Assembly: GCA_958009085.1 (NCBI GenBank)
Contig: OY253684.1
Coordinates: 496,001-560,000 of the forward strand
Direction: 5' to 3'
DNA from: Protoeuglena noctilucae
Lineage: Eukaryota
Length of the DNA stretch: 64,000 nt
Part shown: piece after piece, positions 48,327-62,333 of the stretch
Layout: every line of letters starts with the position of its first letter
Position numbering within the stretch: the stretch's first letter is position 1
Position numbers and translations under genes: made by a program
The notes under the pieces: generated by a model
The model's database searches: none
The model's input: only the letters and a program-made list of their open reading frames with translations
Told to the model about the DNA's origin: nothing

Positions 48327-50867
48327 CTAATCTTCCTCCTCCTCTGCCTCTCCCTCTTCCAGTCCCTCCATGCGAGTGACGATGTCTTCCGGATCCAAAT
48401 GCAGCTCCAGCTTGACGTTGATCGTGGCCAGGACCTCTTCGTTGTGACGCGGGTCTTCCAGAGCCATTCGGACGCCTGCAAGCGCACATGTGGCTGTTTA
48501 CAACACCGTGAAAACGACCAGGACATGGACAGTCTCTGGCTGTTGAGCTGTCGGGATGCGATGGGCCTCCCATGGTGAGGCATGTGGTGGGTGCAAGGGG
48601 TGCAAGCTTGCAACCATGAGCGGCGCACTGCGTGCCGTCACCTCGGTCGTCAAAGAGCCTGGGATAGGGTTTGAGATGCACCGTACTGACGCTCTCAAGC
48701 GCCCCACCCGCCCCCGCGTCCAGCAGCTGCACAAACGCGCACCGGGTGTCACCCAGCACCCTGGGGTCCCACGTCTCCTTCGGCAGCGGCTCGAGCGGCT
48801 CTGGCTCCGGCACCTGCGCGGGACGGCGACGCTTGCTCTCCAGTCCATCCGACCGACGCCCCTCACCACCGCCAGTGAGTAGTGCATCGCCAAGCGCAAA
48901 CAGTGTCATAGGGACAGGAACAATGCCCGCGCACCGTGACAGCTCAGCGACAAACGGCACACGGCCTCACCTCGACAGGAGCACCCTTGCCAGTCGCAGC
49001 AGGCGGCGGTGCGGGGACCTCCGGGGGCGGTGGGGCCTCCCGCCACTGCTCCCAGAGACGCACGCGCACTCCGGTCCTGACGACATCTCGCAGCGTCACT
49101 CCTATTGGCACCACCGCCTCCCAGTGGGCCTCCCCAGCCTCCCCCTCCCCGTCTGCCCCGGCCGCGTCTGCTGGCAACGTCGCCCCTGGGACTGGCACCG
49201 TCAGCCTCCTGGTGACGAGCAGGCTCTGCGGCCCTTCCAAGATGTTATGCACGTCGACCCACAAGTCGCAGGAAGCGGCGCCGCGGGGGGCACGCGACGC
49301 GAAGTCGGGGACCGGGCGCAGCTTGTAACAAGACAGGCGCACCCCCATCTGGGGGGACCTCGAGTCCCCTTGGGGCTGCGGGGACGAGGCGGGTGGGCAT
49401 GCGGGTGGAACCGACACATGGAGGGACGTCACAAAACATGTACGGGCAGTCTGGGTCGTTTGCCTGACCATGGCAGTGGGCAGCATATGCAAAGTGGCTG
49501 GCCCCGTGCCGCTCACGCACCCCGAGAGAGGACAGGATTCGATCCAGCGACGATCCTGCGGCAGACTTGCCCTTAGGCTTGATGCTGAGGCGCTTGCCGG
49601 CGGGGAAGGCGGAGGGCGTGCTGCGCATGGCACGGGGCCCGAGGGTCACGGCGCCTGGGCCGCGCTGGGCCTGCATTGGGGGAGGCAGGATTAGAGCGAG
49701 TCGGGTATCAGATGCCGCCAGCGGTCGACGTTGCCAGAATGCGTCGGTCCCATGCTCTTTCTAAGGGGAACATGGAAACCATTCACCTCGACCTCGAAGC
49801 CGTCGAGTAGCAGGAGGCGCGGGAGCGTTTTGACGGTGGCGTTGCGGTAGTCCAGGTGAAGCGACAGGGGGTTGCCCCGCAGCGACAGCATCACCAGGCT
49901 GGGGAGGGTCGCGAGCGTGGCCAGCGTCCCGTGCAGGTCGCAGAGGTCGTTGTGGCTGAGGTCGAGGGACATGATGCTGCGAGGGGAGATCCGAGGAATG
50001 TAACTGCACATGGGCCAGCATGATGGTGCCAACGGTGTGTGCCAGGGAGCAAGTTGACCGCTGGGCACGGGAAGTACCAATACTGGTGGCATCCAGCCAT
50101 GCGCATGTAGCTTTGCCACCGTTCCCGCACCTGTGCTTGCCGAACCAGGGCCCGACCTCGAGGGTCTTAATGCGGTTGAAGCCGAGGCCAGCGTGCATGA
50201 GTTGCGTGCACTTGAAGACGGGAGTGGGGTCCGAGATTAAGTTCGCTCCCAGGCAGAGGTGCTTCAGCGCCGGCATGGCCAGCAGGCCCACGGGAGCATG
50301 CGTCAGCGCATTCCCCACTGCGTGGATGGCAGGAAGTAAGTGAGGACGCCGGTTGCAAGTCTCTGTTGTGCTCTGAAACGCGAGGCTCAGAGGCTGCGAG
50401 GGCGGCGAGCGGTAACCGAGAGAGACGCGCTCGAGGGATTCGGGCCCCACGTCGGTCGTCGGCACGTCTCGGATGCTGTTGTTGTTGAGGGACAGCTCCG
50501 TCAGGTGCGTCAGGGCCAAGAGACCATTCGGCCAGTGGTCCAGCTCCGTGTCGTCCAGACTCAGCGCAGGTATCTTGAACTGCGGGCGCGAAAGGACGGA
50601 ATCCCGGTGTGCCATTGCGATGGAGGCACCGCAGCGCATCTACCGGGGGCCGCTGTGCACCTTCTCGCACTCCTCAAATGACGTGCACCTCTCTTCCTCG
50701 TCATCTTTCTGCAGGTTGCTTTTCCGGGGCGTCTGCGAGCGCGAGCGGGGTCGAACAGAGTGCGCATGCATGTGTCCCAATCCGATGCGCGCACACGAGT
50801 CATTCGATGTGCAACTCACCAGCTTGTGCGAGACGGCATTTGACCGAGTCGACCGCAGGCGCTGCAT
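48327..50867 (-). CDS. Leucine-rich repeat protein, LRRC43-like; multi-exon
   Basis: LTELSLNNNSI, LKHLCLGANLI, LMHAGLGFNRI, SLDLSHNDL, LSLRGNPL plus LRRcap YRNATVKTLPRLLLLDG. Confidence 0.8.
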
Positions 50868-51841
50868 GGCAGCGCGGCGATCTCAACTAAGCGCATTCAG
50901 TGCGATGGACCCCGGGAGGGAAGCGAGGGGCGTACAAGGCGAATGGGGCGGCGTTTCTACGTGTGCCAGCTGGAGTGAGTGCACATGACTTAGAAGCACG
51001 CTAGGCTCTGCGTCCGGTTGGCGAGACTGCGCACAGGGCTAAAAAAGCGCACTCAGGGCACTGGCAGGGTTTTCAGGCGCCTCGATGGGATATTCTGTGC
51101 TGGTCGGTCAGCAGTCCACTAGTACCGACGAGGGAGGGTGCGCGCTTTGGTCGGTTCCTTGTCGTGAGGTTGGGCTGCCCGCGACTGCACGCCCTCCTCG
51201 GCGCCCTTTGATGGGGACCTGCGCATGATGTCGATGCCCTGTGCCAAATCGCATGCGTGCGGGGCATCCGTCCCCGCGAGGCCCGTGAAGAGCAAGGCCG
51301 TGACGCTGGGGGGCCCAAACTCGACGCGCGTCCAGTTCGATGGCGCCCGGCGATTCTGGGCTAGCGAAAGGTGAATGTCGTGACGGCCTGCATCCGCCGC
51401 TGGGCACGAATATCTTCTCCTTGCCTTTATCAAGAGCATTGCGCGCCGACGCGTCAATGGCGAGGGCCTTGACGCTGGCGATGTCACGCGATAAGTTCAT
51501 GGCATGCCGTCGCACGAGGCAACGGCGGGGACGGGGCCTTGGGCACGCTGGCAGGGCGTGATATCTCTTCCGCACGCCTAGCGTTTGTTTTGGCGTGGGA
51601 ACGCTTTCCCAGAGCCTGCGCGTCGCAGCGACGCCAGATACACATCCCAAGTAGGACGCGCTGGTGCCCACCTTGCCTCGCAGGAGCGGCCGCGTCTGCC
51701 CGCACCGCGCGAGTGCCAAGCGCTCGTCCCGCGAGTACTGCGCCGCCAGTTCCGTCTCGCTAGACACCTCCACGAAGGGCACGGGAAGCGAGGTGCGGGG
51801 ACAGTAGCAAGCGACGGCAAGGGATGGGTCTCGCGGGCAGA

Positions 51842-54800
51842 ATGGGGCATCCCACATCCACGGCCGGCCCGTGCTGCCACTACCTCCCCGCCTCTCTCCT
51901 GCAGGCGCAACCCACCCGGATTACGGCGAGGAGCTCACCCGGATCGAGGGGCACGTCGAGCGCCCCTCCCGGGCCCGCCGTGGAGGAGTGCCTTGGGCGA
52001 CTCGCGTCCCTCCCCGCGACAGCCGTCCCGGCCGACGTGGTGGCCATCCTGCGCGACCTCGCCGCTGCCTGTGAGAGCGCCTCCATCACAGCTTTGTCGG
52101 GGACCGCGACCCGGGCCGCCGCGTCGGACGGCGCTGGGGCAGCGGCGACAGTTGCTCCAGCGGCCTCTGCGCCAGCCGCGACCTCCAATGGCGACAGCGA
52201 TCCGACCACTCATGCGTCGGTCTCCGACTGGACGCTTGAGTGGGACGCGGCCGAGTCGGATGCCACTCCCGAAGCCGAGGCACGCGCCGCTTCGCCGTCG
52301 CCCTCCCCAGACGCCGCCCGCGCCGCCGCCGCGCGCGCGGTGCGCAGTTGCGCAGACGGCAGCCCTCCCGGCGTCTCGTGGACGGCCTGGTCTTTGCCGG
52401 AAATCTCCGGCCTCCTCGCTGCGCTGGTTGGCATCGGGTACCAGGCCGGCCCGGAGCTCCGCGGCCTGATGGACCGGGCAACGTCGCTCGTCGCGGTCGC
52501 TGACGTCGACGAAGCCATCACGGCGCTCTACTGGCTTACGAAGCTGGAGATGGACGCGCAGGACTTGGCGCAGCGTGTGGCGGAGCAGATCCCCGACGTG
52601 GCGGCCCTGAGGTGAGGTTTCCGGACGCTTGATGATCGCCTGTCGTCGTCGCCGTCGCACCCCCGTCGACTGTCCTGTGAATGCCCGGTCCTCCTGGACT
52701 GGGATTCGTGCACCGACTCATTCACCGTGCCCCTTGCAGTCCCTCGGTCATGCACCGGCTCTTCTGGACCCTCGCTGCGCGCGGCGCGACGCTCCCGGCG
52801 GCGACGGAGGGAGCCGTGGTTGAGGCGGCGGTGGCGGCGGGAGAGGCTTTGGAAGGGGACGACCTGGCTGAGGTCCTCTGGGCACTGGGGCGGTACGCGT
52901 CGCCGGACCCCGAGGCTGCCGGGGCGCGGCTGGCGAGCTTGGAGGCCGTGGTGGCGCGGCGCCTGGACGGCATGGGCCCGGCGGCGCTGGCGATGGTGGC
53001 CCAGGCTTACGGGGCGGTGCGGCCAGTACCCGCTGCGGCGATGGGGCGCGTAGCGGCGCACGTGCGCGCGGGGCTGCCGGCCTTCGGGTTCGGCGACGTC
53101 CTTCGCGTGCTCTACGCCTTCCTGGCGGCGGGCATCACGGACGAGGCTCTGCTTCGCGACGTGGACGCCTGGCTGGAGGAGCGGATGGCGCGCATCCCGC
53201 CCCAGGGTCTCACGGCGGCGCTGTGGGCCTATGCGCGGATGGGGCACGCCCCGCGGCCGCTCCTGCAGGCGAGGGCCGCTGGCAGGCTGCAGCGGTATAG
53301 GCGGTGCAGCGATGCAGGGTGCAGCGAGGGGCGCAGCTGGGGTCTGGCTGGCTGCGCATGAGCGGGCAGGGATTCAGTGGCATCGATGTCACTTACTAGC
53401 AGATGTCATCATCATGCAACCACTATGCTTTTCGTGCCCCGTTCGCAGCTGGCGGCGGACATTGCGTGCAATCGCATGGGTGACTTCTCGCCTTCCCAGC
53501 TCTCGCGGCTCCTGTGGTGCTACGCCACGCTGCGCGTCTGCCATGTGGACCTCATGAAGGCAGGCGAGTGGCTGGAGTGTTATACACATCCGGTCTCACA
53601 GCACAATTAGCCAACTCACGGTTTAGGATCCACATGCCCTCACGCGCCATCCCATCCCATGCGATGAGGTGCCATCCCAAGATTAACGCTTTGCAAACCA
53701 GCCAGGACGCCTGATGCCTTTCATCGCCTCGCGCGCCCGCAGCGTGCGAGTCTGCCCAGGAGCGCATTGACACCCTGGACGCCAAGTCCCTGGCCAACAT
53801 TCTCTGGGCATGCGCGGCCCTGTCCTGGGAGCACAAGCCCATGTTGGCGGCGGCGGCGCGCCGGGCGGCGGCCCTGGCGGAAGAGATGGGCACCCAGGCC
53901 ATGTCCATCGCCATGTGGAGCTTCGCCAAGCTGAGGTTCTACCCGGAGGCGTTCGCGGCTGCCGCGGCCGACGCCGCATGCACGCGCCTGGGGGCATTCG
54001 AGCCACAGGTGGGTGGCTTGTGGGATCCTCGACAAAGCCATAGCGCGTCACTGGCATGCTGTGCGAGTACTATGCCAGTGTGCCTGGCCATGGTCATCCC
54101 ATGGCCCCGTTTCCCGATCTCCCTCCCATTGCGGCTGTACCACACAACACCCATAACCCCTGTCCTGTCTCTGGCTCCGTCGCAGGGCTTGAGCATGCTG
54201 CTGTGGGCCTACGCCACGCTGGGGCGTCACCCGGGCAAGCTGCTGTGGGCATCTGCGGCAGAGGTGGCGCGCCAGCTCCCGCAGATGGAGGCACAGCACG
54301 TGGCGAACGTGATGTGGGTGTACGCGACCCTGGGACACCAGCCGGGGAAGCTCATGCAGGAGGCGGGGGACGAGGCGGCGTCGCGCTTGTCGGAGATGAA
54401 ACCACAGGAGGTGAGCACAAGGCTCTCGCAACACACAGGGTCGTCGCTTACATAAGACAAGGTGAGGTGCGACGAGGTGAGGTGGGTTCTATGCATACAA
54501 GCCCCGAACCATGAGCTTGCTTTTGCGAGACGGATTGCAGCCCTCGTCAAGCGCTCGGCACCCACGCTCCGCCCTCCGTCGACACCACCCCGGCCGTGGC
54601 CCCCCAGGTGCTGATGGTGGCCTGGTCTTTCGCCAAGCTCAAGTACGTGCACAAGGGCCTTTTGGACGCCATCCGGGGAGACCTAGCCGTGCGGGCAGGG
54701 GCCTTCCCCGCCCCCGAGCTGACGGGCGTCATGTACGCGTTTGCGCGCCTCAAGCAGAGCATGCCCGCCAGCACCCTGCGGGTGTGCGCGGACGTCCTCA

Positions 54801-56486
54801 CGGTTTCCATCGCCGACCTGCCGCCCCACGAGGTGTCGGTCACGGTGTGGTCCATGGCTAAGATGGGCCACCTCCACGCGCCCCTGATGCAGGCGGCAGC
54901 GGAGACGGTCTATGCCAGGCGAGTGCCAGCGAGGGAGCCCGCAGTCAGCGGGGGCGTGCGAGTGCGGGTGCGTATACAGCAGTGCACATGTCGGCAGCAC
55001 GGATGGATCGTCGAAGTGCGCAACGGTCAGACTGTTTGACCCCTCTTGCTCCCGCAGGTGCCAGATCTTCAATCCCCGCCAGCTGACGATGCTGGCGTGG
55101 GCGTTCGCGGCGCTGCGGTACCACCCCGGCCGGACGCTGCAGGCGATGCAGTCGGTGGCGTGCCAGCGCCTCATCAACGCGAGGCCCTTCGAGGTCACCA
55201 CGCTTCTGTGGGCTTTCTCCTCTCTGGGGGAGGAGCCACTCGATCTCCTGGACGCCATCGCCTCCACGCCAGAGGTCCTGCAGGTGCAACGGATGGGATG
55301 CGACCACCAAATGTGGTTAGCTGCGTTGGGCTCCAGCGCCCTCGGTTGCATCACTCGGTTGAGTGTGTTGGGAACGGCTCCCAGCCTTCTGGATGCCCTC
55401 AGGAGTTCCAGTCGGACCTGCCGCCCAAGAACACGGTGGAGGGCCTCTGGGCGCTGGCTGCCGCAATGCAGTACGACCATCCTCTGTACCAAGTGCTCGC
55501 GCGACACGCGGGCCGCGTGCCGCCCAAGTTCGTCTTCCCCAACGAGGTGTGACTCTCTTCTCGCTGCAGCACTACACGAGCCCTTGCTGTTACCCGCCCA
55601 CGACACTGGCTCGCTCAACTGCGGCCTGCCCTGCCCTCACCTGCAGCTCCTGTCAGACCTGGCCCAGGTGTGCTCCTTGTCCACGTGGGAGTGTCCCACG
55701 GGCGAGCCGCCCTTCCCGTCCAAGCTCAAGCGCCTGTCTCTGTACTTGGCGACCAAGCAGGCGCAGGACGCGACGGAGAGCGAGGCGTCGATCAGCGAGG
55801 GCGGCATTGGCGACGTGGTGCAGGGCATTGCCAGGGTGTTGGAGCAGGCGAGGAGGGGCGGGTGGCGGGGTGTGAGGAGGGCAGGGGATCGAGAAAGGGA
55901 CGGGGAGGCCACGAGGGCGACCATACGGGCCGTTGTCTTACGACCCGACCTCTTGTCTTATCGATGCAGGTCGGGCTGAAGCACACGTGCTGGCCCGAGG
56001 TGCGCAAGACCCCTGCCCCCGTGCACGTGCTCATTGAGGGGCCGGGGGGGCAGCAGGTGGCGGTGGTGGTGGAGGATGAGGCGCGGGACTACACCCTGGG
56101 CCACGCGCAGCGCAGCGGGCGGGCGGCCGTGGCGCAGCGCGTGCTGTGGGGGGCGGGCATGGATGTCGTGCCTATCCGGTGAGTTCTGTCCCAGGCCGAC
56201 ACGTGCGGCAGCGCCGAGCAGGGCTGCGTTGCGTGGCAGTGCGGGAGTCAACGGCTGTCTTAAGCTACCCTGGGCATGTAATGCGTGGGTCTGCTGTGTG
56301 GATATCGCGCTGGGCTGCATGCAGCAGGCACCTGCCCTGGCCGTCCTCCGCAGGGCGTCCGAGTGGCGCAAGGTCGTGGCGTCTCAGGAGGACCCCAGGG
56401 ACTTGCTCTTAGGTCACTTGGAGGACACGGCCCAGGTCAAGGCAGCCGCCACGGCAGCGGGGCTGCAGGTCAACAAGCACAGCTGA
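51842..56486 (+). CDS. Octotricopeptide-repeat (OPR) protein with a C-terminal RAP-like domain; 5' exon uncertain
   Basis: ~38-aa repeats PQGLTAALWAYARMGH, PQGLSMLLWAYATLG, PRQLTMLAWAFAALRY; C-terminal VAVVVED...RVLWGAGMDVVPIR|ASEW. Confidence 0.85.
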
Positions 56487-57242
56487 CCGGGGTCGCTTTC
56501 AAGATGGGCTCGCTCTCGAGCCTAGCCGCGGCATCGTGCGTCGCGCTGCGTGCGAAGCCGTGGGTCGCGTTGCTGTTGTCATGGAGCCGCGGCATTGCGC
56601 TTTGGCCCAGGCGAAAACACGGGAAATTTCCACGAGAACTCGGATTATGCAGCATTCGTGAAACTCGACAGCATCGCCATCGAAATCGGTCCTAAGTCCT
56701 TTGCTGGGTACAAGAAGCGGACTTGGAGCGTCGCACAGCATGGGGTGGCCGCCACAAATGGCCATAGCGCTTGCCCAGGCCTACTCGGCACGGACAAGGG
56801 CACTTCTAACTGGACACCTGAGTGTCGGAGCTGCTGGTTACGTCACGCAAAGGCGCTAAATGGAAAGCGAGAGCGCCACACCGTCACTCACGGTGTGGCC
56901 GCTTCCTAGGTCCGGGCGTGGACTGTGGTACGCGGGACCGGCAAGATAGACAGGCACATCTGGGGCTAAAAAGGAGGTGACTAGTGCGCACCCTCGCGGG
57001 GCTCGGCGACGGAAGTGAGACCCGAGACGGTGCCTGCATGCGGTGGATGCTACACCACACTCCGACGAGCTAACGGAGTGGCGAGGCGCAAGGGCCGTGG
57101 GGGCCGCCTGGGGCGCCTGGAAACGGTAGGAACGGCAACAACTCCATGAATCGCCGCATCGACCATGCGCCAAATCGCACAGGGCCGACGGGAGGCATGG
57201 TGCTGGAGAGTCCGGGAGGCAATCGGTGGTCGGTACGAAGCC

Positions 57243-57885
57243 TCACACGTGCCAGCAGGAGAAGAGGCGTCTCAGTGTGGCGGGCCGAGCGAGCTGGGCC
57301 GCGTCCGAGATGACGGAGGTCGGGTCGGCGTGGAGGGGCAGGTCCGGGGCGGTGTCGCGAGTCGACGTGACCAGCTCGTGGCAGAAATGGCGCCGGCAGG
57401 GCGACGAGGCGTGCGGCAGGGTGTCCTCGGCTTCACGTGGCAGATTGTAGAAGAGCCCCCCGTCGTCTGGCTCACCACACGTGGCCGCGTCGTCCAGGGT
57501 CAGTTTGGCGCATGCGGCGTGGAGCTGGATCTCGTCCCAGGAGCGTGCGGCTGCGCAGGTTGAGTGTACAGACAGATCAGATGCTTGACCATCGCACGCG
57601 CTGCTCCATCGGTGCGATCGGCAAGGAGAAGCGCCAGGGTACCTGGCTTGTAGGTGCGTGAGGCCGCCCGCTGCGCAGGCTGGACGACCACGGTCATGGC
57701 CTTGTGGCAGCCAGTATCCACGGACCGCACGCGCGTGCGGCGTGACTCAGGGGCGTCAGCTGCGAGGGAGGGGGCAGACGGAGAGGGATGGCAGTGCACA
57801 GTGGCGGGGCAAGCTCGCAGACCTCGCAGCCACCGAGAAACGCATCCATTCTATCCGCCAATGCAGACGATTGACCGCTACGCAT
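57243..57885 (-). CDS. Possible small spliced hypothetical protein
   Basis: In-frame junction RTYKP|AARSWDEIQLHAACAKLTLDD... with GT-AG ends; no motif recognised. Confidence 0.3.
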
Positions 57886-58502
57886 GCTAAATCTTAAGCC
57901 CCCCCATTTTGAAGCACCTCGCATGTATCCAGGCCTGGCGACGACGCAAAAGCCGCTCTTTCATCACACGTAGTCCTTCGATGGTCTGGGGTAGCCGTTC
58001 CGGGCTCACTTGGGCGAGTTTCTCGTTTGACCTCGAACCACAGCGCGTCTGCGCATCCCCCACCGCGTCGCCCCATGCCAGGAGCATCGTATAAGGGAAG
58101 CGACGCCGTTGGGGGACGCGACTTGAGCGGCGAGGCGTTTTCTGGCATCTGCAGCACAATTCGCGTCGGCGTCGGATATGGCCGTTACGCGGCGTACCCG
58201 CTTACTCCGCGAAGATGTGGCGGGCTGCGAAGGAATTGCCGCCCGCAGCACCGCCGCATCGCCAGAGAGACCTCGCCTTCCATGGGCGGGGACGCAGGCC
58301 AGGGGAGCAGTCTGGGCCCTGAACCTGAAGCGAGCAGCAACCGCAAGCTCATGTCCAAGACATTCGGCAGGTGCTCACAGACTGCGGAGCGTACTCGCGC
58401 ACTGTGTAGGGCAGATGCTGCCTTGGTCGCACATCGCTTCATTCGCCGCCGAGTCTGCCGCCAGAGCCTCGAATATGCAGGGCGCTCGCTGACAGGAACG
58501 AT

Positions 58503-61500
58503 ATGGAGTCCCCGCCTGTGGACGCGGGGGCGCCCGCAGCCGGTGGGGGCGCGGGAGGGGGCCTCGCGTCAAGGCTGATGAAAAGCGCGCTCAGCCAGGC
58601 GCTTTCGGGGCGGCGGGAGTCCGAGAACAAGGCGCAGGAGGAGGCGACTCGGGCCAGACTCGCGGAGGTGAGGCCCGCCGGGCGGTGTTGCGCTGCTCCT
58701 CGTCCTGCGCGGCGTTTGCCGTTGAGAAGCGCTGCCACCGTCGCCCGCAGGAAGCGCTCCGGGGCGCCCAGAGCGAGCTAGAGCAGGTCCGGCAGGAGCT
58801 GGAGCGCACACGCGCTGAGCTGGCGACGACGCGCGCCGAGCTCAACGTGGTCCGCAACGACTCGCGCCATCAGCTGCGGCGGGCCGAGCAGAAGCGCGAG
58901 ATCGCCGAGCGCGTAGCTGCCAAGGAGCTCGGTGAGCGCGCCGGGGCCGCTGCCGCGCGCACGGGCACCCTGCGTGTGTTTGCAGCGCGGCACCGAGTGA
59001 CTGGCGAAGCACGCTCCCTCGTTTGGGGCGACGCCCGCCTTCTGAGCACAAGATGTTCGAGTCATATTCTCGTCTTGTCTTCGCAGAGAAGGCAAAGGCT
59101 GCGATATCGCGCACCCGTGCGGAGGCGGAGCGCGAGCTCATCCGGACCACGCAGGAGCACTTCCGGGAAATCGGGGGGCTGCAGCGGTCGCTCATTGCGG
59201 CGTCCGTCACCTCCGTCGCTAACCAGGCGAGCGCGCCGGGGAGGAGCCGCACCACTCTTGCCCTGCGTACAACTGCGCCTGTGCCGCTGCCACTCTCGGG
59301 GTTCGCCCGAGCATTGGTCGTCTCCACCTCCGCCTCAATTAACCACGCAGATAAGCGGACTGTCTCGCGAGGCCAGCTGCGCGTCGGTGGCGCCCTCCGC
59401 CCCCACCGCATCCAGTTCATGCGAGCCGTCCCGAGCGTCGTCCCACAGAGCCCCCAAAGCCGCCGGTGGGCTCAACCCCCAGGCCCCCGCTTGGGGTTTG
59501 CCCCGGCCCTCCGCCCCGACGGACCCACCCGCCCGGACCGACGCCCACCCGCCAACCGTCACTGGCCCTGCCCATGACTGGGGACCCACGGGCGCTTCCC
59601 CCGGCAAGCAGTTTGGTGAGCCGCGCTAAGAGCCTCGTCCGCGGCGCCGGTGCGTGACCGTTTCAACGCAGCGTCACCACCAGCTGCACCCGCCCTCGTG
59701 CAGACTCGCTCGCCCATGCGCCGCTGGGCAAGACGCCCCCGAGCGTGCTGAGCGCGTCGCTGAGGCTCTTGGAGCAGGCGGCCAAGGCGCAGGGGACTTC
59801 ACCGGGCGCAGATGCCGCTCGCCTGCACCCCGCCGCGTCTCATGCGGCAGCGCAGCCGGACGACTGTGCTTTGGACTTCCAAGGCACCACGTTTTCGAAT
59901 CCGCCGTCGCCGGACTCGACGCAGCTGTCGGGGCCTCCGTGGTCGCCAGCGCGGCAAGACACGGGGGCGGGTATCGCGGCGCATGGCATCGAGCGGCCTC
60001 AGTCGGTCCCGCCGGGCTTGCGGGGCAGCGTACGGGCAGGGATGGACGGGGGCCTGGGGCTCATTGGAAGGGACCGGACGTCCGCAGGTGAGACGTTTCA
60101 TGAATCCATCTCCCCTCGTTCTGTTCCCGTCTCGAGCGGGCGAGGGTTTTGCTGCTTGGTGCGCGTTGCATTGCTTTCCATTTTCCGCGCTGTGCAGGCG
60201 AGGTGGACGCTACGCAGGCCTCCAGTTCTGTTACCGCGTTGAGGGCCAAGTACTGCTTGGACGACTTCGATATCTTATGCGTCCTGGGGCAGGGCGCGTT
60301 TGGGAAGGTTTTCCAGGTGCGCGGAGGGACTGGGGTGGGCAACACCGTCGTCCTAATGTGCATAACCTACAGCGGAAGCGGCCCTTCTGCACGGTCTGTA
60401 CGGTCAGGGCTGGCTTGGCACGGTCTGCATGGTGGTAAGCGGGGCGTTGTGATAGGCTGCCACTGCGCGTGCGCTTGCAGGTCCGACGCAAGGACGACGG
60501 CAAGGTGTTTGCGATGAAAGTGATGCGGAAGGACCACATCATCGAGCGCGACCATGCCGAGTACATCCGAACGGAGAAGGCCATCATGACGCGCGTCGTG
60601 CACCCATACATCGTCACCCTCAAGGTGACACTGTGATGCATGCACCCAGACATCCTCTCCACCCACTTGCGCATGCTCGGGTCTTCATCTGTGCTTGAAG
60701 CTTTCTCCTGTCCTTGCCGCTCACGCCAGCTGCGCTCTCTTGTTCTCGCCGCTCACGCCGGCTGTGCCCCCGCGTCCCTCGACCTGCAGGGTTCCTTCCA
60801 GACCGACCACAAGCTGTACCTGATCCTCGATTTCGTCAACGGCGGCCATCTGTTCTTCCAGCTTCGCAAGCAAGGGACGTTCTCAGAGGACCTCTGCCGG
60901 CTTTACGCGGCAGAGCTCGTCCTCGCCCTCGCCCACCTCCATTCCATGGACATCGGTGAGGGGCCTGAATGGTGTTGGCTGACGGAGGCACTCTTTGTAT
61001 GTCATTCGGACAGTCAGCGATGTGCAAGCCCCGCATCGCCGATGCGTCTCTCGTGATCCCCGCAGTCCATCGGGACCTGAAGCCTGAGAACGTTTTGCTG
61101 GACAACGAGGGGCACATCCGCGTGACCGACTTTGGCCTGGCCAAGCCCATCAAGGCGAGCGGGAGACCGGTGCTGGCGGTGCTGTCGTGTCGCGAAGGGC
61201 TCTTAAGACGCACACTTGTGACTCGACCAATGCAAATGGCTCACACCTGGACTGTTAGCACCAAGCACCACGCCTGCCTGTGCTGCGCAGACGGGGCAGA
61301 GGAGCAACTCGCTCATTGGTACTATGGAGTATATGGCACCGGAGATCCTCAAAGCCTCAGGGCACGGCAAGGAGGTCGACTGGTGGTCTCTGGGTGTCCT
61401 GGTCTTTGAGATGCTCACTGGGCTGCCCCCGGTGAGTGCCAAGGTTGGGACAGCCGGGCGTGTGGCGTGATGTCGCGGCCTGGCGAGTCACTCGTCACCA

Positions 61501-62333
61501 ACGGGGGTCTGCCGAGCGACACCGGGTCTGCATGTTCCACAGCACGTGCGACACCGGGTCTGCATGTTCCACAGCACGTTCCCGCGGGTGCCGTTCGTTT
61601 AATGAGTCTCAAACCCTGGCCCCCCCTGTGCCCCGGTGCTCTTGCAGTTTCAGGCGTCGGCGAACGAGGCGCTCAAGAAGAAGGTCCTGACGCAGAAGGT
61701 CAAGATGCCCGCCTTCATCAGCAAGGATGCGCGCAGTCTTCTCACGGGGCTGCTCACCCGGGACCCGGACAAGCGGCTGGGCTTCGGCCCCAGCGGTGCC
61801 AAGGTGACAACCGTCATGCGAGCTGCGAGTCAACCATGCACAGGGCGACAGTGTGACTGGCCTGTGTACGTTGTGGGCGGGCCGACGCGCATGCTGAGGA
61901 TGGCCCGGAGCCCTTGGTATCTCTCATCTGTCACGGTTCGCCTTCGCCTTGTCTGCAGGAAATCATGGCCCATCCGTTCTTTAAAGGCGTCAATTGGAAC
62001 GCGCTCCTCGCGAGGCAGATTCCGAGTCCCTTCACGCCGCAGATCGCAAACAGCCTCAGGTGAAGCATCACAACACTACGCGCCGAGGCCAAGTGCTGCC
62101 TGCCCACACCCTCCCACCTCGTCGCCCTCGTCACCCCGCCCGCGCCTCGCCCCCGCAGCGTCGAGAACTTCAGCCAGGAATTCACGTCCCTGCCACCCCA
62201 AGACTCCCCAGGCACCACACCCACGGACAACAAGCCGACGCTGGGCAAAGAGGACCCGTTCCTAGGGTTCAGCTACACGGCGCCGGCCTTCCTCGACACA
62301 GTTGCGTCGGTGGAGGCTGCGCGCGGTCCCTGA
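58503..62333 (+). CDS. S6K: Ribosomal protein S6 kinase (AGC family) with a long coiled-coil/low-complexity N-terminal extension
   Basis: [64 protein letters not shown], hydrophobic motif FLGFSY. Upstream exons join in frame. Confidence 0.9.

Noticed and set aside
16370..62333. Functional cluster of growth/autophagy genes (FIG4, RB-like, ATG1, S6K)
   Set aside because: They are interspersed with unrelated genes; chance proximity in a compact genome is sufficient without synteny data.
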